Shown piece after piece: positions 43,206 through 54,646 of a stretch of 64,000 nt of DNA. Each line of letters starts with the position of its first letter. Position 1 is the first letter of the stretch. The DNA comes from Arcobacteraceae bacterium (GTDB taxonomy: Bacteria > Campylobacterota > Campylobacteria > Campylobacterales > Arcobacteraceae): positions 1 through 64,000 of the forward strand of contig JBLWVX010000009.1 of assembly GCA_048268245.1 (NCBI GenBank), given 5' to 3'. A model generated the notes under the pieces. That model saw only the letters and a list, made by a program, of their open reading frames with translations, had not been told where the DNA came from and made no database searches. The translations under genes were made by a program, and so were the position numbers.

Positions 43206-43559
43206 TTACTTCTTTATTTCATCTTTTAAATCTTCATAAAACTTATAAAGTTCATCTTTAGACTTGAACTGTAACTTTTCTTTATCATTTAATAAAATAT
43301 CTAATTTTTCTACTTTGATATTTGTAATATTACTATAGCTATACTCTTTTGTATTTTTCTTCAAATCAATAGTAAAACTATTTGCCACATCTAAAATTTT
43401 ATCATTACATAAAGCTTTATATGAACCTTTTGAGTATGTTATAGATGTACAGTTTTTTGATTTTAAGTAATCTTCTATTTGCTCTAAGTTTGATGAGTTC
43501 ATCATATTTAAAGATACTGCAATTAAAGCTATAAATAAAAAGAAACCTATAAAAATCAT
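43206..43559 (-). CDS. Hypothetical membrane-anchored protein
   Basis: N-terminal hydrophobic helix; AGGAG RBS. Confidence 0.65.
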   Translation of the reverse strand: MIFIGFFLFIALIAVSLNMMNSSNLEQIEDYLKSKNCTSITYSKGSYKALCNDKILDVANSFTIDLKKNTKEYSYSNITNIKVEKLDILLNDKEKLQFKSKDELYKFYEDLKDEIKK

Positions 43560-43681
43560 ATAAAATCTCCTAAATAAATATATGTAAATATTACAAGAAT
43601 AACTCTTAACTTCGTATAATTATCTAAAATTAGATAAAATATTATCAAAAAATTACAAGTTGTATCTACAAGGAATAAAAT

Positions 43682-44299
43682 ATGTTAAAAAGCACTACAA
43701 AACTTTTAGTGACTTCTGCAATAGCTTCTATACTTTTAACAGGATGTAACAACTATGAGCAGTCACTAAAAGTTTTACCAACAGAATTAGCCCAAGCAAA
43801 TCAGTGTATCAGTCAAGATAAAGAGTTTGAAGAGAACTGCTACGATTTAATCTCTTACAAAAATACTATTGCTATTTTAAGACTTGGTATTAAGAAGTAT
43901 TCAGAAGGTAAATATAAAGATGCTTTTACTCTTTATACTTTAGCTCAAGAAAGAGGTAATTTCTATGCAAATGCACTACTTTCAGAGTTATACCTGAAAG
44001 GAAGAGGTGTAATAAAAAATGAAGAACTTGGGATAGACTTACTAAAAGATACAAAAAAAGTAGACCCAATGGCTGCTTATAAACTATCTTTTTATTATAT
44101 GAATGAAAAAGATTATGATGAAGTAATAAAGCTTTTAACTTTTGCTGCAAATAACAATGTAAAAAATGCCCAGTTAGAACTATCAAAAATCTATGCAAAC
44201 GGGAAAATAGTAAAACCAGATACTCAAAAGAGTATCTTCTGGTTAGAAAAGTTTGAAAACAAAACAAATAGTTTTATGATGAAAATCTACGGTATCTGA
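43682..44299 (+). CDS. Sel1-repeat lipoprotein
   Basis: Lipobox LTGC; LYLKGRGV and AQLELSKIYANG Sel1-like units. Confidence 0.8.
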   Translation: MLKSTTKLLVTSAIASILLTGCNNYEQSLKVLPTELAQANQCISQDKEFEENCYDLISYKNTIAILRLGIKKYSEGKYKDAFTLYTLAQERGNFYANALLSELYLKGRGVIKNEELGIDLLKDTKKVDPMAAYKLSFYYMNEKDYDEVIKLLTFAANNNVKNAQLELSKIYANGKIVKPDTQKSIFWLEKFENKTNSFMMKIYGI

Positions 44300-45219
44300 T
44301 AACCTTCAAGTATCATAAGTATTGCTGAAATTGAAAATATCGAAAGTAATGTCTGCATAGTAATAATTGCGGACATTAGCTTTAAATCTCCTCCCAATTC
44401 CCTTGCCAAAATATATGCACTTGAAGCCGTAGGCATAGCCCCAAAGAGTACAAGAACTAATAACGGAAGTCCCGTAACACCTAAATTTACAGCTGTAAAG
44501 AAAATAAGTACAGGGAAAAGAGCAAGCTTTATAAATACAGATGAGAATAACTCAAACTTCACTTCTTTTAAATGAGTGATATGTAAACCAACCCCAACAG
44601 ATAAAAGACCCAAAGGAAGTGCAGCAGCACTTAAAATAGAAAGAGTTTTTTCCACAGGAGCAACAAGTGAAATATCTAAAAAGTTTAAACCTCCACCTAT
44701 TATACAAGCTACAATCAATGGATTTTTGAAAATAGATTTTACAAAAGAGATGAAAGTAATCTTATCACTTGAGGCATAAATAGAAAAAATCCCTATACAA
44801 AATACATTTATACTAGGTATTAAAAAGGTCATAAGTAAAGCAGCTAAAACTAAACCACTATCACTATAAATAGCATCTGTTAAAGCTAAAAACACGTAAG
44901 TATTAAACCTAATTGAGCCTTGATAAACAGAAGTAAAAGAAGGGCCATCAAAAAAGAACATAATCTTATCAGCTATCATAAGTAAGCCTGTGATAATTCC
45001 AATAGTCAAAAGAGCTGAAAAAACAAAGTTTACCCCATCTATGTCATCTAAAGAAGCAGTTGAAAGCTTATAAATCAAAAGAGCAGGAAATAGTATGTAA
45101 TAGGTAAACTTATCAGCATATTGCCAAAACTGTTCATCAGGGAATTTTATACGCTTTAAAAAGTATCCTAAAGATATAAGTAAAAAAATTGGTATTAGTG
45201 CTAGTAGTATGTTTTGCAT
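44287..45219 (-). CDS. AEC (auxin efflux carrier) family transporter
   Basis: YYILFPALL, RFNTY, KNPLI and MPTASSAYILARELGGD motifs. Confidence 0.88.
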   Translation of the reverse strand: MQNILLALIPIFLLISLGYFLKRIKFPDEQFWQYADKFTYYILFPALLIYKLSTASLDDIDGVNFVFSALLTIGIITGLLMIADKIMFFFDGPSFTSVYQGSIRFNTYVFLALTDAIYSDSGLVLAALLMTFLIPSINVFCIGIFSIYASSDKITFISFVKSIFKNPLIVACIIGGGLNFLDISLVAPVEKTLSILSAAALPLGLLSVGVGLHITHLKEVKFELFSSVFIKLALFPVLIFFTAVNLGVTGLPLLVLVLFGAMPTASSAYILARELGGDLKLMSAIITMQTLLSIFSISAILMILEGYQIP

Positions 45220-45302
45220 GTTTATCCTAATAATTTATATAATTAAGATATTATATTTAAGTAGTTTTATTTTTTGTTTAAAGTATTAGCAAAGAAGTAA
45301 AA

Positions 45303-46148
45303 CTACTTCTCTACTAAATCATATAAGGCTTGAATTTCCTCAGCCCAGATAGTTTCATCGATTGTTTCTAGTACTAATGGAATATCATCCATTCTATCAT
45401 CATTCATGATAAACTTAAATGCATCCCATCCAATCTGTCCCATACCTAAACTATGGTGTCTATCTACTCTACTCCCTAGTTCTGGTTTTGAGTCATTTAT
45501 ATGCATTCCCATAAGATACTCACGTCCTACTACCTCATCAAACTCTTTCCATGTTTTATCATAAGCTTCTCTTGTTCTGATGTCATAACCAGCTGTAAAC
45601 ATGTGACAGGTATCTATACATACACCAATTCTTGATTTATCTTCAACTTTATCAATTAAGTATGCTAAATGCTCAAACTTATAACCTAAATTACTTCCTT
45701 GACCGGCTGTGTTTTCAATAACTAATTTTATATCATTTGTAGCATCAATTGCTTGATTTAAAGATAATGCAATTCTATCTAAACACTCTTCTTCACTTAT
45801 CTTTCTAAGATGAGAACCTGGGTGAAAGTTAAGTCTATCAAGCTTTAAAATTTCACATCTTTCAATCTCATGTAAAAACCCATCAAGTGACTTTTGTCTT
45901 TTCTCTTCTTCTGGGTGACCTAAGTTGATTAAGTATGAATCATGTGGCAAGATATGTTTTGCTTCGATTCCTGTTTCTTCCATCTCTTTAAACCACTTAT
46001 CTAAAACCTTTGTTTCAAAGTCTTTTGCTCTCCATTGTCTTTGGTTTTTTACAAAAAGAGCAAAGGCCTTACATCCAATCTCTCTTGCGTTTATTGGGGC
46101 ATTAAATACTCCACCAGTTGCGCTTACATGTGCTCCTACATATTTCAT
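45303..46148 (-). CDS. nfo: Endonuclease IV
   Basis: [35 protein letters not shown] and DRH motifs. Confidence 0.97.
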   Translation of the reverse strand: MKYVGAHVSATGGVFNAPINAREIGCKAFALFVKNQRQWRAKDFETKVLDKWFKEMEETGIEAKHILPHDSYLINLGHPEEEKRQKSLDGFLHEIERCEILKLDRLNFHPGSHLRKISEEECLDRIALSLNQAIDATNDIKLVIENTAGQGSNLGYKFEHLAYLIDKVEDKSRIGVCIDTCHMFTAGYDIRTREAYDKTWKEFDEVVGREYLMGMHINDSKPELGSRVDRHHSLGMGQIGWDAFKFIMNDDRMDDIPLVLETIDETIWAEEIQALYDLVEK

Positions 46149-46462
46149 ATATTTATCCTATTAATTTAATATTATTTACACTTATTAGATTTATAATATA
46201 AGCTTAATTTAATAAGTGATTTTTGTTTCATGATTTTTGAATTATTATAAGCTTATATAAAGTGTCATTTATTAACACTAGTTAAGAAATTTACAATCTT
46301 TAGCAAGTTTTTATCATATCCTAAAATGGCTAAGTATAGAATAATTGAATATTTTAAGTTTGAGGCTCGCTATATATGGGCTATAAAAATTTAGTAACAT
46401 TTCAAACATATATTTGTAAAAGTTTATCTTACAAATAAAATAGTGAAAAAAAGGTTTATTTG

Positions 46463-47665
46463 ATGGAAAAAGTTGTAATAATTGGTGGTGGTTATGCGGG
46501 TATTTATGCATTAAGAGAATTAGTTAAAAATAAAAATATAAAAATCACATTGATTGATAAGCATACATTTCATAATCTTCAACCAGAAGTTTATGATCTT
46601 ATTGCAAACAAGTCTAATATTGCTGATGTTACTATTGATTTAACTACTTTATGTTTAGGATTTAATCACAACTATTTAGAGTATAAAAACTTAAAAGTAA
46701 GAAAAATAGACCAAGAATCAAAAAAAATATTCACAGAAGAACAAGAAATAGTTGAGTATGATTATTTAATCATGGCAGCAGGTACTAGAACATTTTTCCC
46801 ACCACAAATTCCTGGATTAAATAATGCCCACGATATCAAAAAACTTCACTGGGCTATGTTCTTTAAACAAAGTTTTGAAAACCAACTTTTCAAAAAAATC
46901 CAAGATGAAGCCAAAAAATGTGATGATACTCATATCGTAGTTGTTGGAGCTGGTTTATCAGGTGTAGAAATTGCAGCAGAGATGGCATATAACTCAAAGA
47001 TGTTTTTTCAAAGAGGTAATTTCTCTTGTGATAACCTAAAAATTTCCCTTGTAAGTAGTTCTGATACTATTCTTCCAGGTCTTACTCCTGAATTAATTAG
47101 TATTTCACATAAAAGACTTAAATCCCTTGGTATTAATGTAATTACTAATACAAAACTTCAAAAGTGTGAAGATGGTTTTGCTTATCTTTCAAATGGAACA
47201 AAAATCTATAACTCATTTTTAATCTTTACAGGGGGAATTGAAGCCAATAAAATCACAGAAGAACTTGATGTAGCTAAAAACCCTAAAGGACAAATAATAG
47301 TAAATGAGTTTATGCAAAGTGATAAAGACCCTAAAATTTTTGCTATTGGGGATGCAGCTGAAATCAAAAATAAAAAGGGCGAGATTATGCCTCCAAATGT
47401 TACTATTGCTAGAATCAGTGGAACAAATGCAGGTAAAAATATTTTAAGAATGATAGAGAAAAAAAGATTAGTAAAATGTGATCCAAAGCTAGATGGTATT
47501 TTAATTGCCCTAGGTGGAAAATACGCAGCTGGTAATATTGCTGATTTATTCCATGTAAAAGGAAGACTTGCTTACGAAATCAAAAAGTATGTATTTAGCT
47601 CATATAGAAAACCTCTTCTAAAACTTATTAAAACAGGTTATTCAAAACTAAAAAAAATGGCATAA
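46463..47665 (+). CDS. NAD(P)/FAD-dependent oxidoreductase (type II NADH dehydrogenase-like)
   Basis: IIGGGYAG, VVGAGLSGVEIAAE and FAIGDAA motifs. Confidence 0.8.
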   Translation: MEKVVIIGGGYAGIYALRELVKNKNIKITLIDKHTFHNLQPEVYDLIANKSNIADVTIDLTTLCLGFNHNYLEYKNLKVRKIDQESKKIFTEEQEIVEYDYLIMAAGTRTFFPPQIPGLNNAHDIKKLHWAMFFKQSFENQLFKKIQDEAKKCDDTHIVVVGAGLSGVEIAAEMAYNSKMFFQRGNFSCDNLKISLVSSSDTILPGLTPELISISHKRLKSLGINVITNTKLQKCEDGFAYLSNGTKIYNSFLIFTGGIEANKITEELDVAKNPKGQIIVNEFMQSDKDPKIFAIGDAAEIKNKKGEIMPPNVTIARISGTNAGKNILRMIEKKRLVKCDPKLDGILIALGGKYAAGNIADLFHVKGRLAYEIKKYVFSSYRKPLLKLIKTGYSKLKKMA

Positions 47666-47677
47666 AGAAAAGACTTT

Positions 47678-48061
47678 TTAGTCTTTTCTTATTTTTATAA
47701 GTATTCTATTATCTCTATCCCTATGAGTTATCTCTTTTTCATTTTTATTAAAAAGTTCTCTTAAAAAATCTTTATTATATGACTTATGTAAATTCTTTGC
47801 ATTAAAAACTTCTAGTTTTTCACATCTAAAAGTTGAACTACAAACTCTATCCTCATAGATTTTCATATCAAGAACTGCTGTACCTGCACTAAAAATTTGA
47901 ACTTGTGTATAATCGTCATATTTAAAAATAAAGCCTTTATCATAAAACTTCATAGTTGGTGTTTTTATAAGTATTGTAGCACTTGATGTAATTGTTGGCT
48001 TTTGATTAAAACATCCTGTAAAAAGGAAGATAGTAATAAGTAATAATGATAAATTTTTGAT
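47678..48061 (-). CDS. Hypothetical lipoprotein, probable non-canonical ATC start
   Basis: Frame stays open 36 codons upstream of the track's ATG and encodes IKNLSLLLITIFLFTGC (signal peptide plus lipobox); AAGGA RBS 6 nt before ATC. Confidence 0.65.
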   Translation of the reverse strand: MKNLSLLLITIFLFTGCFNQKPTITSSATILIKTPTMKFYDKGFIFKYDDYTQVQIFSAGTAVLDMKIYEDRVCSSTFRCEKLEVFNAKNLHKSYNKDFLRELFNKNEKEITHRDRDNRILIKIRKD

Positions 48062-48127
48062 GCCTAATCCTTTGTTTTGAAATATTTTACTATAATATCC
48101 ATAAATTATAAAATCAAAGGTTATTTA

Positions 48128-49201
48128 TTGTTAGTACATATTTGTTGTGCAGTCGATAGTCACTATTTTTTAGAAAGAATACAAGAAGAATATCCAGATG
48201 AAAAGTTAGTAGGATTTTTTTATGATCCAAACATTCATCCATATAGTGAATATAGGCTAAGATACTTAGACGTAGAATACTCATGCCAAAAACTAGGAAT
48301 TGAATTAATTGAAGGTCCTTATAACCTAGAAGCATGGCTAAAAAAAGTTAAAGGTATGGAGCATCTTCCCGAAAAAGGTGATAGATGTACAGTTTGTTAT
48401 GATGATAGACTTGATAACACAGTTGCAAAAGCAAAAGAGTTAGGACATGATAAATTCACAACTACACTTCTTATCTCACCTAAAAAGTCTCAAGAAAAAC
48501 TTGATAAGATTGGTCACAATCTTCAAAGTTTACATGGAATAGAGTTTATTTTTAGAGATTACAAAGCTGGAAATGGTGCAGAAATTCAAGGTAAAAAAGT
48601 AAAAGAAAACCAACTTTATAGACAAAACTATTGTGGTTGTTTATTTGGTCTTTCAGCGCAAAGAGAAGCCCAAAAGAAAATCATGGATGAGATGTTTAAT
48701 CCTATCTCAAATCAGATTTTACCTGAGTCAATTGAAGAGCGACTTGAGCTATATAAAAGAAGAAATACTCTTGAAGCAAATGGTGATGAGTATAAAATCA
48801 TAAAAAATAGATTTCTAAACTATAGACTTTTAAGTGGAAAAGTTTTAGTAAAAAAACAAATCAAACCTTCATATATCTTCCCTTACTCGATAATAAATAG
48901 AGGAAAAACAAATGGAAGAATTGATTATAAAAAAGATGGGGTTAACTATCTAAACAGAGATGAAGTAAAAATCATAAGTTTGGAAAAATACAATGAACTT
49001 AGCAATACAAATTATGCAAGTGTAAAAGAGCTTATGTATAACCCTCCACTATTTGAAGAAGAAATTCAAATAAGAGCAAAAATAATCAAAAGCCCTTATG
49101 ATTTAAGTGCAATTATAGTCTTAGATGAAATTCTTGATGAAAAGTATGAGATTTTTATGGATGCTCAAACATATGATGACGTAAGGGAAGAGATAATATG
49201 A
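48128..49201 (+). CDS. queH: Epoxyqueuosine reductase
   Basis: LVHICCAVDS, PNIHP, RCTVCY and YRQNYCGC motifs; TTG start after AAAGG. Confidence 0.9.
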   Translation: MLVHICCAVDSHYFLERIQEEYPDEKLVGFFYDPNIHPYSEYRLRYLDVEYSCQKLGIELIEGPYNLEAWLKKVKGMEHLPEKGDRCTVCYDDRLDNTVAKAKELGHDKFTTTLLISPKKSQEKLDKIGHNLQSLHGIEFIFRDYKAGNGAEIQGKKVKENQLYRQNYCGCLFGLSAQREAQKKIMDEMFNPISNQILPESIEERLELYKRRNTLEANGDEYKIIKNRFLNYRLLSGKVLVKKQIKPSYIFPYSIINRGKTNGRIDYKKDGVNYLNRDEVKIISLEKYNELSNTNYASVKELMYNPPLFEEEIQIRAKIIKSPYDLSAIIVLDEILDEKYEIFMDAQTYDDVREEII

Positions 49202-50241
49202 AACTTTTAGTATGTGCTATGGAAACTTCTTCAAATATTCACTTAAAGGAGCTTAAAAAGCACCTTAGTGATGATATAGAGCTTGTAGGAGTGTTTGATA
49301 AAGAACTTGGTAACCCAATGTATGATTTAACTGCTTTGGCTATTATGGGCTTTATAGATGCTCTAAAAAAGCTTCGATTCTTTTTTAAGTTAAGAGATGA
49401 ACTTGTAGAAGCTGCTGAAACTTGTGATAAAGTTCTTTTGATGGATTCATCAGGGTTCAATCTTCCTCTAGCAAAAAAACTAAAACAAAAGTATCCAAAC
49501 AAAGAAATTATTTACTACATCCTTCCTCAAGCATGGGCTTGGAAAAAAGGAAGAGTTAAAAAACTTGAAGCTTACTGTTCTAAACTTTGCTCTATCATAC
49601 CTTTTGAAAGTGAACTTTATACACAAAAAGATAAAATCACTTATGTAGGTCATCCTTTGCTTGATGAAATACATCACTTCAAAGAAGAACTTACACAAAG
49701 CAATAAAATTGCTTTTATGCCAGGAAGTAGAAAAACAGAGATTAAAAATCATATGCCAATCTTTAAAAGCCTAGCAAAACATATTCCTAACAAAGAACAT
49801 ATTTTAATAATTCCTTCAAAATTTGATGATGAATATATTAATAGAACTTATGGAGATATATCAGATTTTACTATTTCAAGACAAGCTCATGAGACCTTAC
49901 AGGAAAGTGAATATGCCTTTATATGTTCAGGAACAGCAACCCTAGAAGCTGCACTTATTGGAACACCATTTACACTAAGTTATATAGCTAAAAAACTGGA
50001 TTATAAAATAGGGAGAACCTTTGTAAAACTACCATATATTGGCCTTGCAAACATCTTTTTTGATAAGATGGGTAAAGAGTGTATACATAGTGAATTTTTA
50101 CAAGAAGATGTAAGTGTTGAAGCTTTATTAAATGATTATAAATCAATGAAAAAAGACAAATTTTTTGAAGATTCAAAACTTTTAAGAGAGTACTTAAAAA
50201 ATGGAAGTTCAAAAAACGTAGCAAACATAATTCAAAACTAA
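49198..50241 (+). CDS. lpxB: Lipid-A-disaccharide synthase
   Basis: DSSGFN, PQAWAWK, VGHPL, PGSR, SGTATLE and GLANI motifs. Confidence 0.93.
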   Translation: MKLLVCAMETSSNIHLKELKKHLSDDIELVGVFDKELGNPMYDLTALAIMGFIDALKKLRFFFKLRDELVEAAETCDKVLLMDSSGFNLPLAKKLKQKYPNKEIIYYILPQAWAWKKGRVKKLEAYCSKLCSIIPFESELYTQKDKITYVGHPLLDEIHHFKEELTQSNKIAFMPGSRKTEIKNHMPIFKSLAKHIPNKEHILIIPSKFDDEYINRTYGDISDFTISRQAHETLQESEYAFICSGTATLEAALIGTPFTLSYIAKKLDYKIGRTFVKLPYIGLANIFFDKMGKECIHSEFLQEDVSVEALLNDYKSMKKDKFFEDSKLLREYLKNGSSKNVANIIQN

Positions 50242-50290
50242 TTTTTTTTTCGATAAAATATCTACCATTAATTAAATTTTAGGATAATAA

Positions 50291-50734
50291 ATGTTAGATG
50301 TTACAGAAATTCAAGAAATTCTTCCTCACAGATACCCATTCTTATTAGTTGATAGAATCACTGATATGGAAAAAGGTAAAAACATTGTAGGTTTTAAAAA
50401 TATCTCAATTAGTGAGCCAGCGTTTATGGGACATTTCCCAGGTCACCCAATTTACCCAGGTGTTTTAATCTTAGAAGGTATGGCTCAAGCTGGTGGTATT
50501 TTAGCATTAAAAAGTAATGACTTAACAGCAGAAGAGTTAAAGAACAAAGTTATTTACTTCATGAGTATCGACAAAGCAAAATTCAGAACGCCTGTAAAAC
50601 CAGGTGATCAATTAGAATACAGAATCGAAGTTAAAAAACTAAGAGGTACACTAATTGTTCTTGAAGGTAAAGCTTATGTTGATGATGCATTAGTTGCTGA
50701 AGCTGAACTAAAAGCTATGGTAGTAGACAAGTAA
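50291..50734 (+). CDS. fabZ: 3-hydroxyacyl-ACP dehydratase
   Basis: [11 protein letters not shown] and [16 protein letters not shown] motifs. Confidence 0.97.
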   Translation: MLDVTEIQEILPHRYPFLLVDRITDMEKGKNIVGFKNISISEPAFMGHFPGHPIYPGVLILEGMAQAGGILALKSNDLTAEELKNKVIYFMSIDKAKFRTPVKPGDQLEYRIEVKKLRGTLIVLEGKAYVDDALVAEAELKAMVVDK

Positions 50735-50745
50735 TTAGGTAAAAA

Positions 50746-51525
50746 ATGAGTAATATACACAAAACAGCAATAATTGAAGATGGTGCGAAACTAGGTGAAA
50801 ATGTAACTATAGGTGCATATACAATTATTGGTAAAGATGTAAAAATCGGTGATGGAACTATCATTGATTCACATACAGTTGTAGCGGGTAAAACTACAAT
50901 TGGAAAAAACAATCATATTTTTTCACATGCAGCAATAGGAACTATTCCACAAGATTTAAAGTTTGATGGTGAAGATGTAGAGCTAATTATTGGAGATAAC
51001 AATAAAATTAGAGAATTTACACTATTTAATCCAGGAACTAAAGGTGGTGGTTCTATCACAAAAATTGGAAGTAACAACTTATTTATGGGTTATACTCATG
51101 TAGCTCATGATGTAATAGTTGGTGACAATTGTGTATTTGCTAACTGTGCTACTTTAGCAGGACATGTAGAAATAGATGATTTTGTTGTAGTTGGTGGACT
51201 TACTCCAATACACCAATTTTGTAAGATTGGTACACAAGTTATGATTGGTGGTGGTTCTGTAGTAACACAAGACATTCCTCCATTTTGTTTAGCAGAGGGA
51301 AATAAAGCTGTTCTAAGAGGTCTTAACTTAAATGGTTTAAGAAGAAGATTTGATAATAGAGAAGATATAAATGCAATTAAAAATGCATACAAAGCTTTAT
51401 TTGAAAGTGGTAAACCTTTAGCTGATGTAGCAAATGAATTATTAGAAAATGAAAATAAATATGTAAAAGAGTTAGCATCTTTTTGTTTAGGTACAAAAAG
51501 AGGAATTCCTTACAACAGAAAATAA
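50746..51525 (+). CDS. lpxA: Acyl-ACP--UDP-GlcNAc O-acyltransferase
   Basis: Hexapeptide repeats; PQDLKF, HVAHD, LAGHV and HQF motifs. Confidence 0.97.
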   Translation: MSNIHKTAIIEDGAKLGENVTIGAYTIIGKDVKIGDGTIIDSHTVVAGKTTIGKNNHIFSHAAIGTIPQDLKFDGEDVELIIGDNNKIREFTLFNPGTKGGGSITKIGSNNLFMGYTHVAHDVIVGDNCVFANCATLAGHVEIDDFVVVGGLTPIHQFCKIGTQVMIGGGSVVTQDIPPFCLAEGNKAVLRGLNLNGLRRRFDNREDINAIKNAYKALFESGKPLADVANELLENENKYVKELASFCLGTKRGIPYNRK

Positions 51526-51542
51526 AAAATAGGTTTGGTAGA

Positions 51543-52772
51543 ATGAGTAAAGTAACATGCGATTTTTGTGGAGCAACAGATAGCCCTAGCAATCCAGTAA
51601 TAGCAGGTGATAACGCTTGTATTTGTAAAGCTTGTGTTGGTGCTGCACATGAAATAATGAATGGTGGTGCCCCTGAAGATATGGAGCATTTACCAGCAAC
51701 AGTTGAAGAAGAAAAAGTTCAAGAAGAGATAAAACTTAGAACTCCGGCTGAATTAAAAGCTATTTTAGATGACTACGTAATAGGTCAAGAAAGAGCAAAA
51801 AAAGTTTTATCAGTTGCGGTTTATAATCACTATAAAAGAATTTTTAGACACAATGAGATTGATGATGATACAGAGTTAAACAAATCAAATGTTCTTCTAA
51901 TAGGACCAACAGGTTCAGGTAAAACACTATTAGCTCAAACTATCTCTAAATATTTAGATGTACCTTTAGCAATTGCTGATGCTACTTCTTTGACAGAAGC
52001 TGGTTATGTTGGTGATGATGTTGAAAATGTGGTTACTAGATTAGTTCAAGCTGCTGATGGAGATATTGAAAAAGCTCAAAGAGGAATTATCTTTATTGAT
52101 GAAGTTGATAAAGTAGCTAGAATGAGTGAAAATAGATCAATCACTAGAGATGTTTCAGGTGAAGGTGTTCAACAAGCTTTACTTAAAATAGTAGAGGGTT
52201 CTGTTGTAAATGTTCCACCAAAAGGTGGAAGAAAACATCCTGGACAAGATGCACTTCAAGTTGATACTACAAATATTCTATTTGTTTGTGGTGGAGCTTT
52301 TGATGGGCTTGAAGATATTATCAAGAAAAAACAAGGTGCAAACGTACTTGGGTTTAATCAAGATAAAAAATCTAAAAAAGAAGAAGAGAAAATCATCTCT
52401 CAAGTTGAAACTGATGATTTAGTAAAATATGGTTTAATTCCTGAATTAATCGGTAGATTACATATGGTAGCCACTTTAAATGAAATCACAGAAGATGATA
52501 TGGTACATATCTTAACTGAACCAAAAAATGCCCTTATCAAACAATACATCAAACTATTTGAAATGGATGATGTAAACTTAGAGTTTGATAAAGAAGCCCT
52601 AAAAGAGCTTGCTAAACTTGCAATTGAAAGAAAAACAGGTGCAAGAGGTCTTAGATCAATTTTAGAAGATATTATGCTTGATATTATGTATGATCTTCCA
52701 AAATATAAAGACAAAACAATTACTATTACAAAAGATGTAGTAAAAAAAGAGAAAGAACCAAAAATCGCATAA
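51543..52772 (+). CDS. clpX: ATP-dependent Clp protease ATP-binding subunit
   Basis: CDFC..CKAC zinc domain, [15 protein letters not shown] and [13 protein letters not shown]; start set at ATG 51543. Confidence 0.98.
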   Translation: MSKVTCDFCGATDSPSNPVIAGDNACICKACVGAAHEIMNGGAPEDMEHLPATVEEEKVQEEIKLRTPAELKAILDDYVIGQERAKKVLSVAVYNHYKRIFRHNEIDDDTELNKSNVLLIGPTGSGKTLLAQTISKYLDVPLAIADATSLTEAGYVGDDVENVVTRLVQAADGDIEKAQRGIIFIDEVDKVARMSENRSITRDVSGEGVQQALLKIVEGSVVNVPPKGGRKHPGQDALQVDTTNILFVCGGAFDGLEDIIKKKQGANVLGFNQDKKSKKEEEKIISQVETDDLVKYGLIPELIGRLHMVATLNEITEDDMVHILTEPKNALIKQYIKLFEMDDVNLEFDKEALKELAKLAIERKTGARGLRSILEDIMLDIMYDLPKYKDKTITITKDVVKKEKEPKIA

Positions 52773-52792
52773 TATAAGAGAGGGAAAACAAA

Positions 52793-53824
52793 GTGTTTTT
52801 AGATAAATTAATTGGTCTATTTTCAAGTGATATGGCAATTGACCTTGGAACTGCTAATACTATTGTTTCTGTAAGAGGAAAAGGTATTATCATAAATGAA
52901 CCATCTGTTGTTGCTGTACAAAATGATAAATATGGTAGAGATAAAATTTTAGCAGTTGGTCAAGAAGCTAAACAAATGATTGGTAAAACACCACTTAATA
53001 TTCAAGCAGTTAGACCTATGCAAGATGGTGTTATCGCTGATTTTGAAATGACTGAAAGAATGATAAGATACTTTATTGAAAAAGCCCACTCTAGAAAATC
53101 TTTTATTAGACCTAGAATTATCATATGTATTCCATATGGTATTACACAAGTTGAAAGAAAAGCTGTTGAAGAATCAGCAATGAGCGCAGGAGCTAGAGAA
53201 GTATTCTTAGTAGAAGAACCAATGGCAGCTGCTATTGGTGCTGGTATTCCTGTATCTGACCCATCTGGGTATGTTGTTGTTGATATTGGTGGTGGTACTA
53301 CTGAGATTGGAGTAACTTCTCTTGGTGGACTTGTGCTTTCAAAATCAATCAAAGTTGCAGGTGATAAGTTTGATAAATCAATTATTGATTATGTAAGACA
53401 AAACTACAACTTATATATAGGAGAGCGAACTGCTGAGAATATCAAGATAGAAATTGGTACTGCAATTAAACTTGATACTGAACTAAAAATCAAAGTAAAA
53501 GGTAGAGATAACTCTGGATTACTTTCAACAATTGAACTTGGAAGTGAAGGTGTTAGAACTGCTATAAAAGAACCATTAAAAGAGATTGTTTCTGCTGTAA
53601 GAAGTGTCTTAGAAGATATGCCACCTGATTTAGCAGGAGATGTTGTAGATAATGGTGTAATTCTTACTGGTGGTGGTGCTTTAATTAGAGGAATTGATGA
53701 ATATATCGCTGATATTGTAAAACTTCCTGTTAAAGTTGCAGAAGATCCACTTCTAGCAGTAGCTTATGGTACAAGCAATGTATTAGATGAGGACGCACTT
53801 TTAAAACTAATCACTAATGCGTAA
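52793..53824 (+). CDS. mreB: Rod shape-determining protein MreB
   Basis: IDLGTAN, EPMAAAIGAG, DIGGGTTE and LTGGGAL motifs. Confidence 0.98.
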   Translation: MFLDKLIGLFSSDMAIDLGTANTIVSVRGKGIIINEPSVVAVQNDKYGRDKILAVGQEAKQMIGKTPLNIQAVRPMQDGVIADFEMTERMIRYFIEKAHSRKSFIRPRIIICIPYGITQVERKAVEESAMSAGAREVFLVEEPMAAAIGAGIPVSDPSGYVVVDIGGGTTEIGVTSLGGLVLSKSIKVAGDKFDKSIIDYVRQNYNLYIGERTAENIKIEIGTAIKLDTELKIKVKGRDNSGLLSTIELGSEGVRTAIKEPLKEIVSAVRSVLEDMPPDLAGDVVDNGVILTGGGALIRGIDEYIADIVKLPVKVAEDPLLAVAYGTSNVLDEDALLKLITNA

Positions 53825-54635
53825 ATTCTTCTTTATTCTACTTTTTTTAGTAGTTGGTTTATCTTACCTATTCGAGGTAGATAAACTAGTTGCTAGAAAC
53901 TTCACTTTTTTAAACGACATAAAACTATCATACATTAACTCTGTTATAGATATTTCAACAACTATTGAAAAATATTTTGACCAAGTTACAACTATAGAAG
54001 AACTAGAAAAAGAAAATGATGAACTTAAAAACTACAAAGCCTTATATCTTACTACCCAAAAAAAACTTGACAGTATAGATAATTTTCTTACTACAAATGA
54101 GCAACATCAAACAAGAATAGATATAAAACAAACAAAAGTTTTATCATATATAAACTTCAATGACTTTACAAAAGTATGGCTTGATTATGAAAAAGAAGAT
54201 GATGCAATTTTAGGACTTATTAGCCAAGATTATGCAGCAGGAATTGTAGTAAAAGAGCAAGGAAGAGCAGTAGCACTTCTAAATGGTAACCAAAAATGCT
54301 CTTACGCTGTATTTATAGGAGAGAGTAAAACTCCTGGTATTCTCACAGCAAAAAAAGATGGAACTATCTTAATAAAATTTATTCCTATGTGGTCTGAACT
54401 AAATGTAGGTGATGAAATAGTAACATCAGGTATGGATAACATTTTCGTAGAAGGTCTAAAAGTAGGAAAAGTAAAAGATATACAAATACTTCCACAAATG
54501 AAAACAGCAACAGTAGAAATGTATGCAAACGTACTAAAGAAAAAATACTTTTATGTGTACAAAGAAGCTCCTACAACTTCAAGTAAACAAGAAAATTTAA
54601 CTAAAGAAAAAGAGGAAGAGACTACCAATAAGTAG
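53817..54635 (+). CDS. mreC: Rod shape-determining protein MreC
   Basis: TM helix, coiled coil and GDEIVTSGMD.IF..G..VG motif; follows mreB. Confidence 0.92.
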   Translation: MRKFFFILLFLVVGLSYLFEVDKLVARNFTFLNDIKLSYINSVIDISTTIEKYFDQVTTIEELEKENDELKNYKALYLTTQKKLDSIDNFLTTNEQHQTRIDIKQTKVLSYINFNDFTKVWLDYEKEDDAILGLISQDYAAGIVVKEQGRAVALLNGNQKCSYAVFIGESKTPGILTAKKDGTILIKFIPMWSELNVGDEIVTSGMDNIFVEGLKVGKVKDIQILPQMKTATVEMYANVLKKKYFYVYKEAPTTSSKQENLTKEKEEETTNK

Positions 54636-54646
54636 CCATAAGCCTA
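54627..54646. repeat. Direct repeat, left copy (relic of the ribE 3' end)
   Basis: AATAAGTAGCCATAAGCCTA; 18/20 identical to 56464-56483, first 13 bp identical. Confidence 0.75.
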
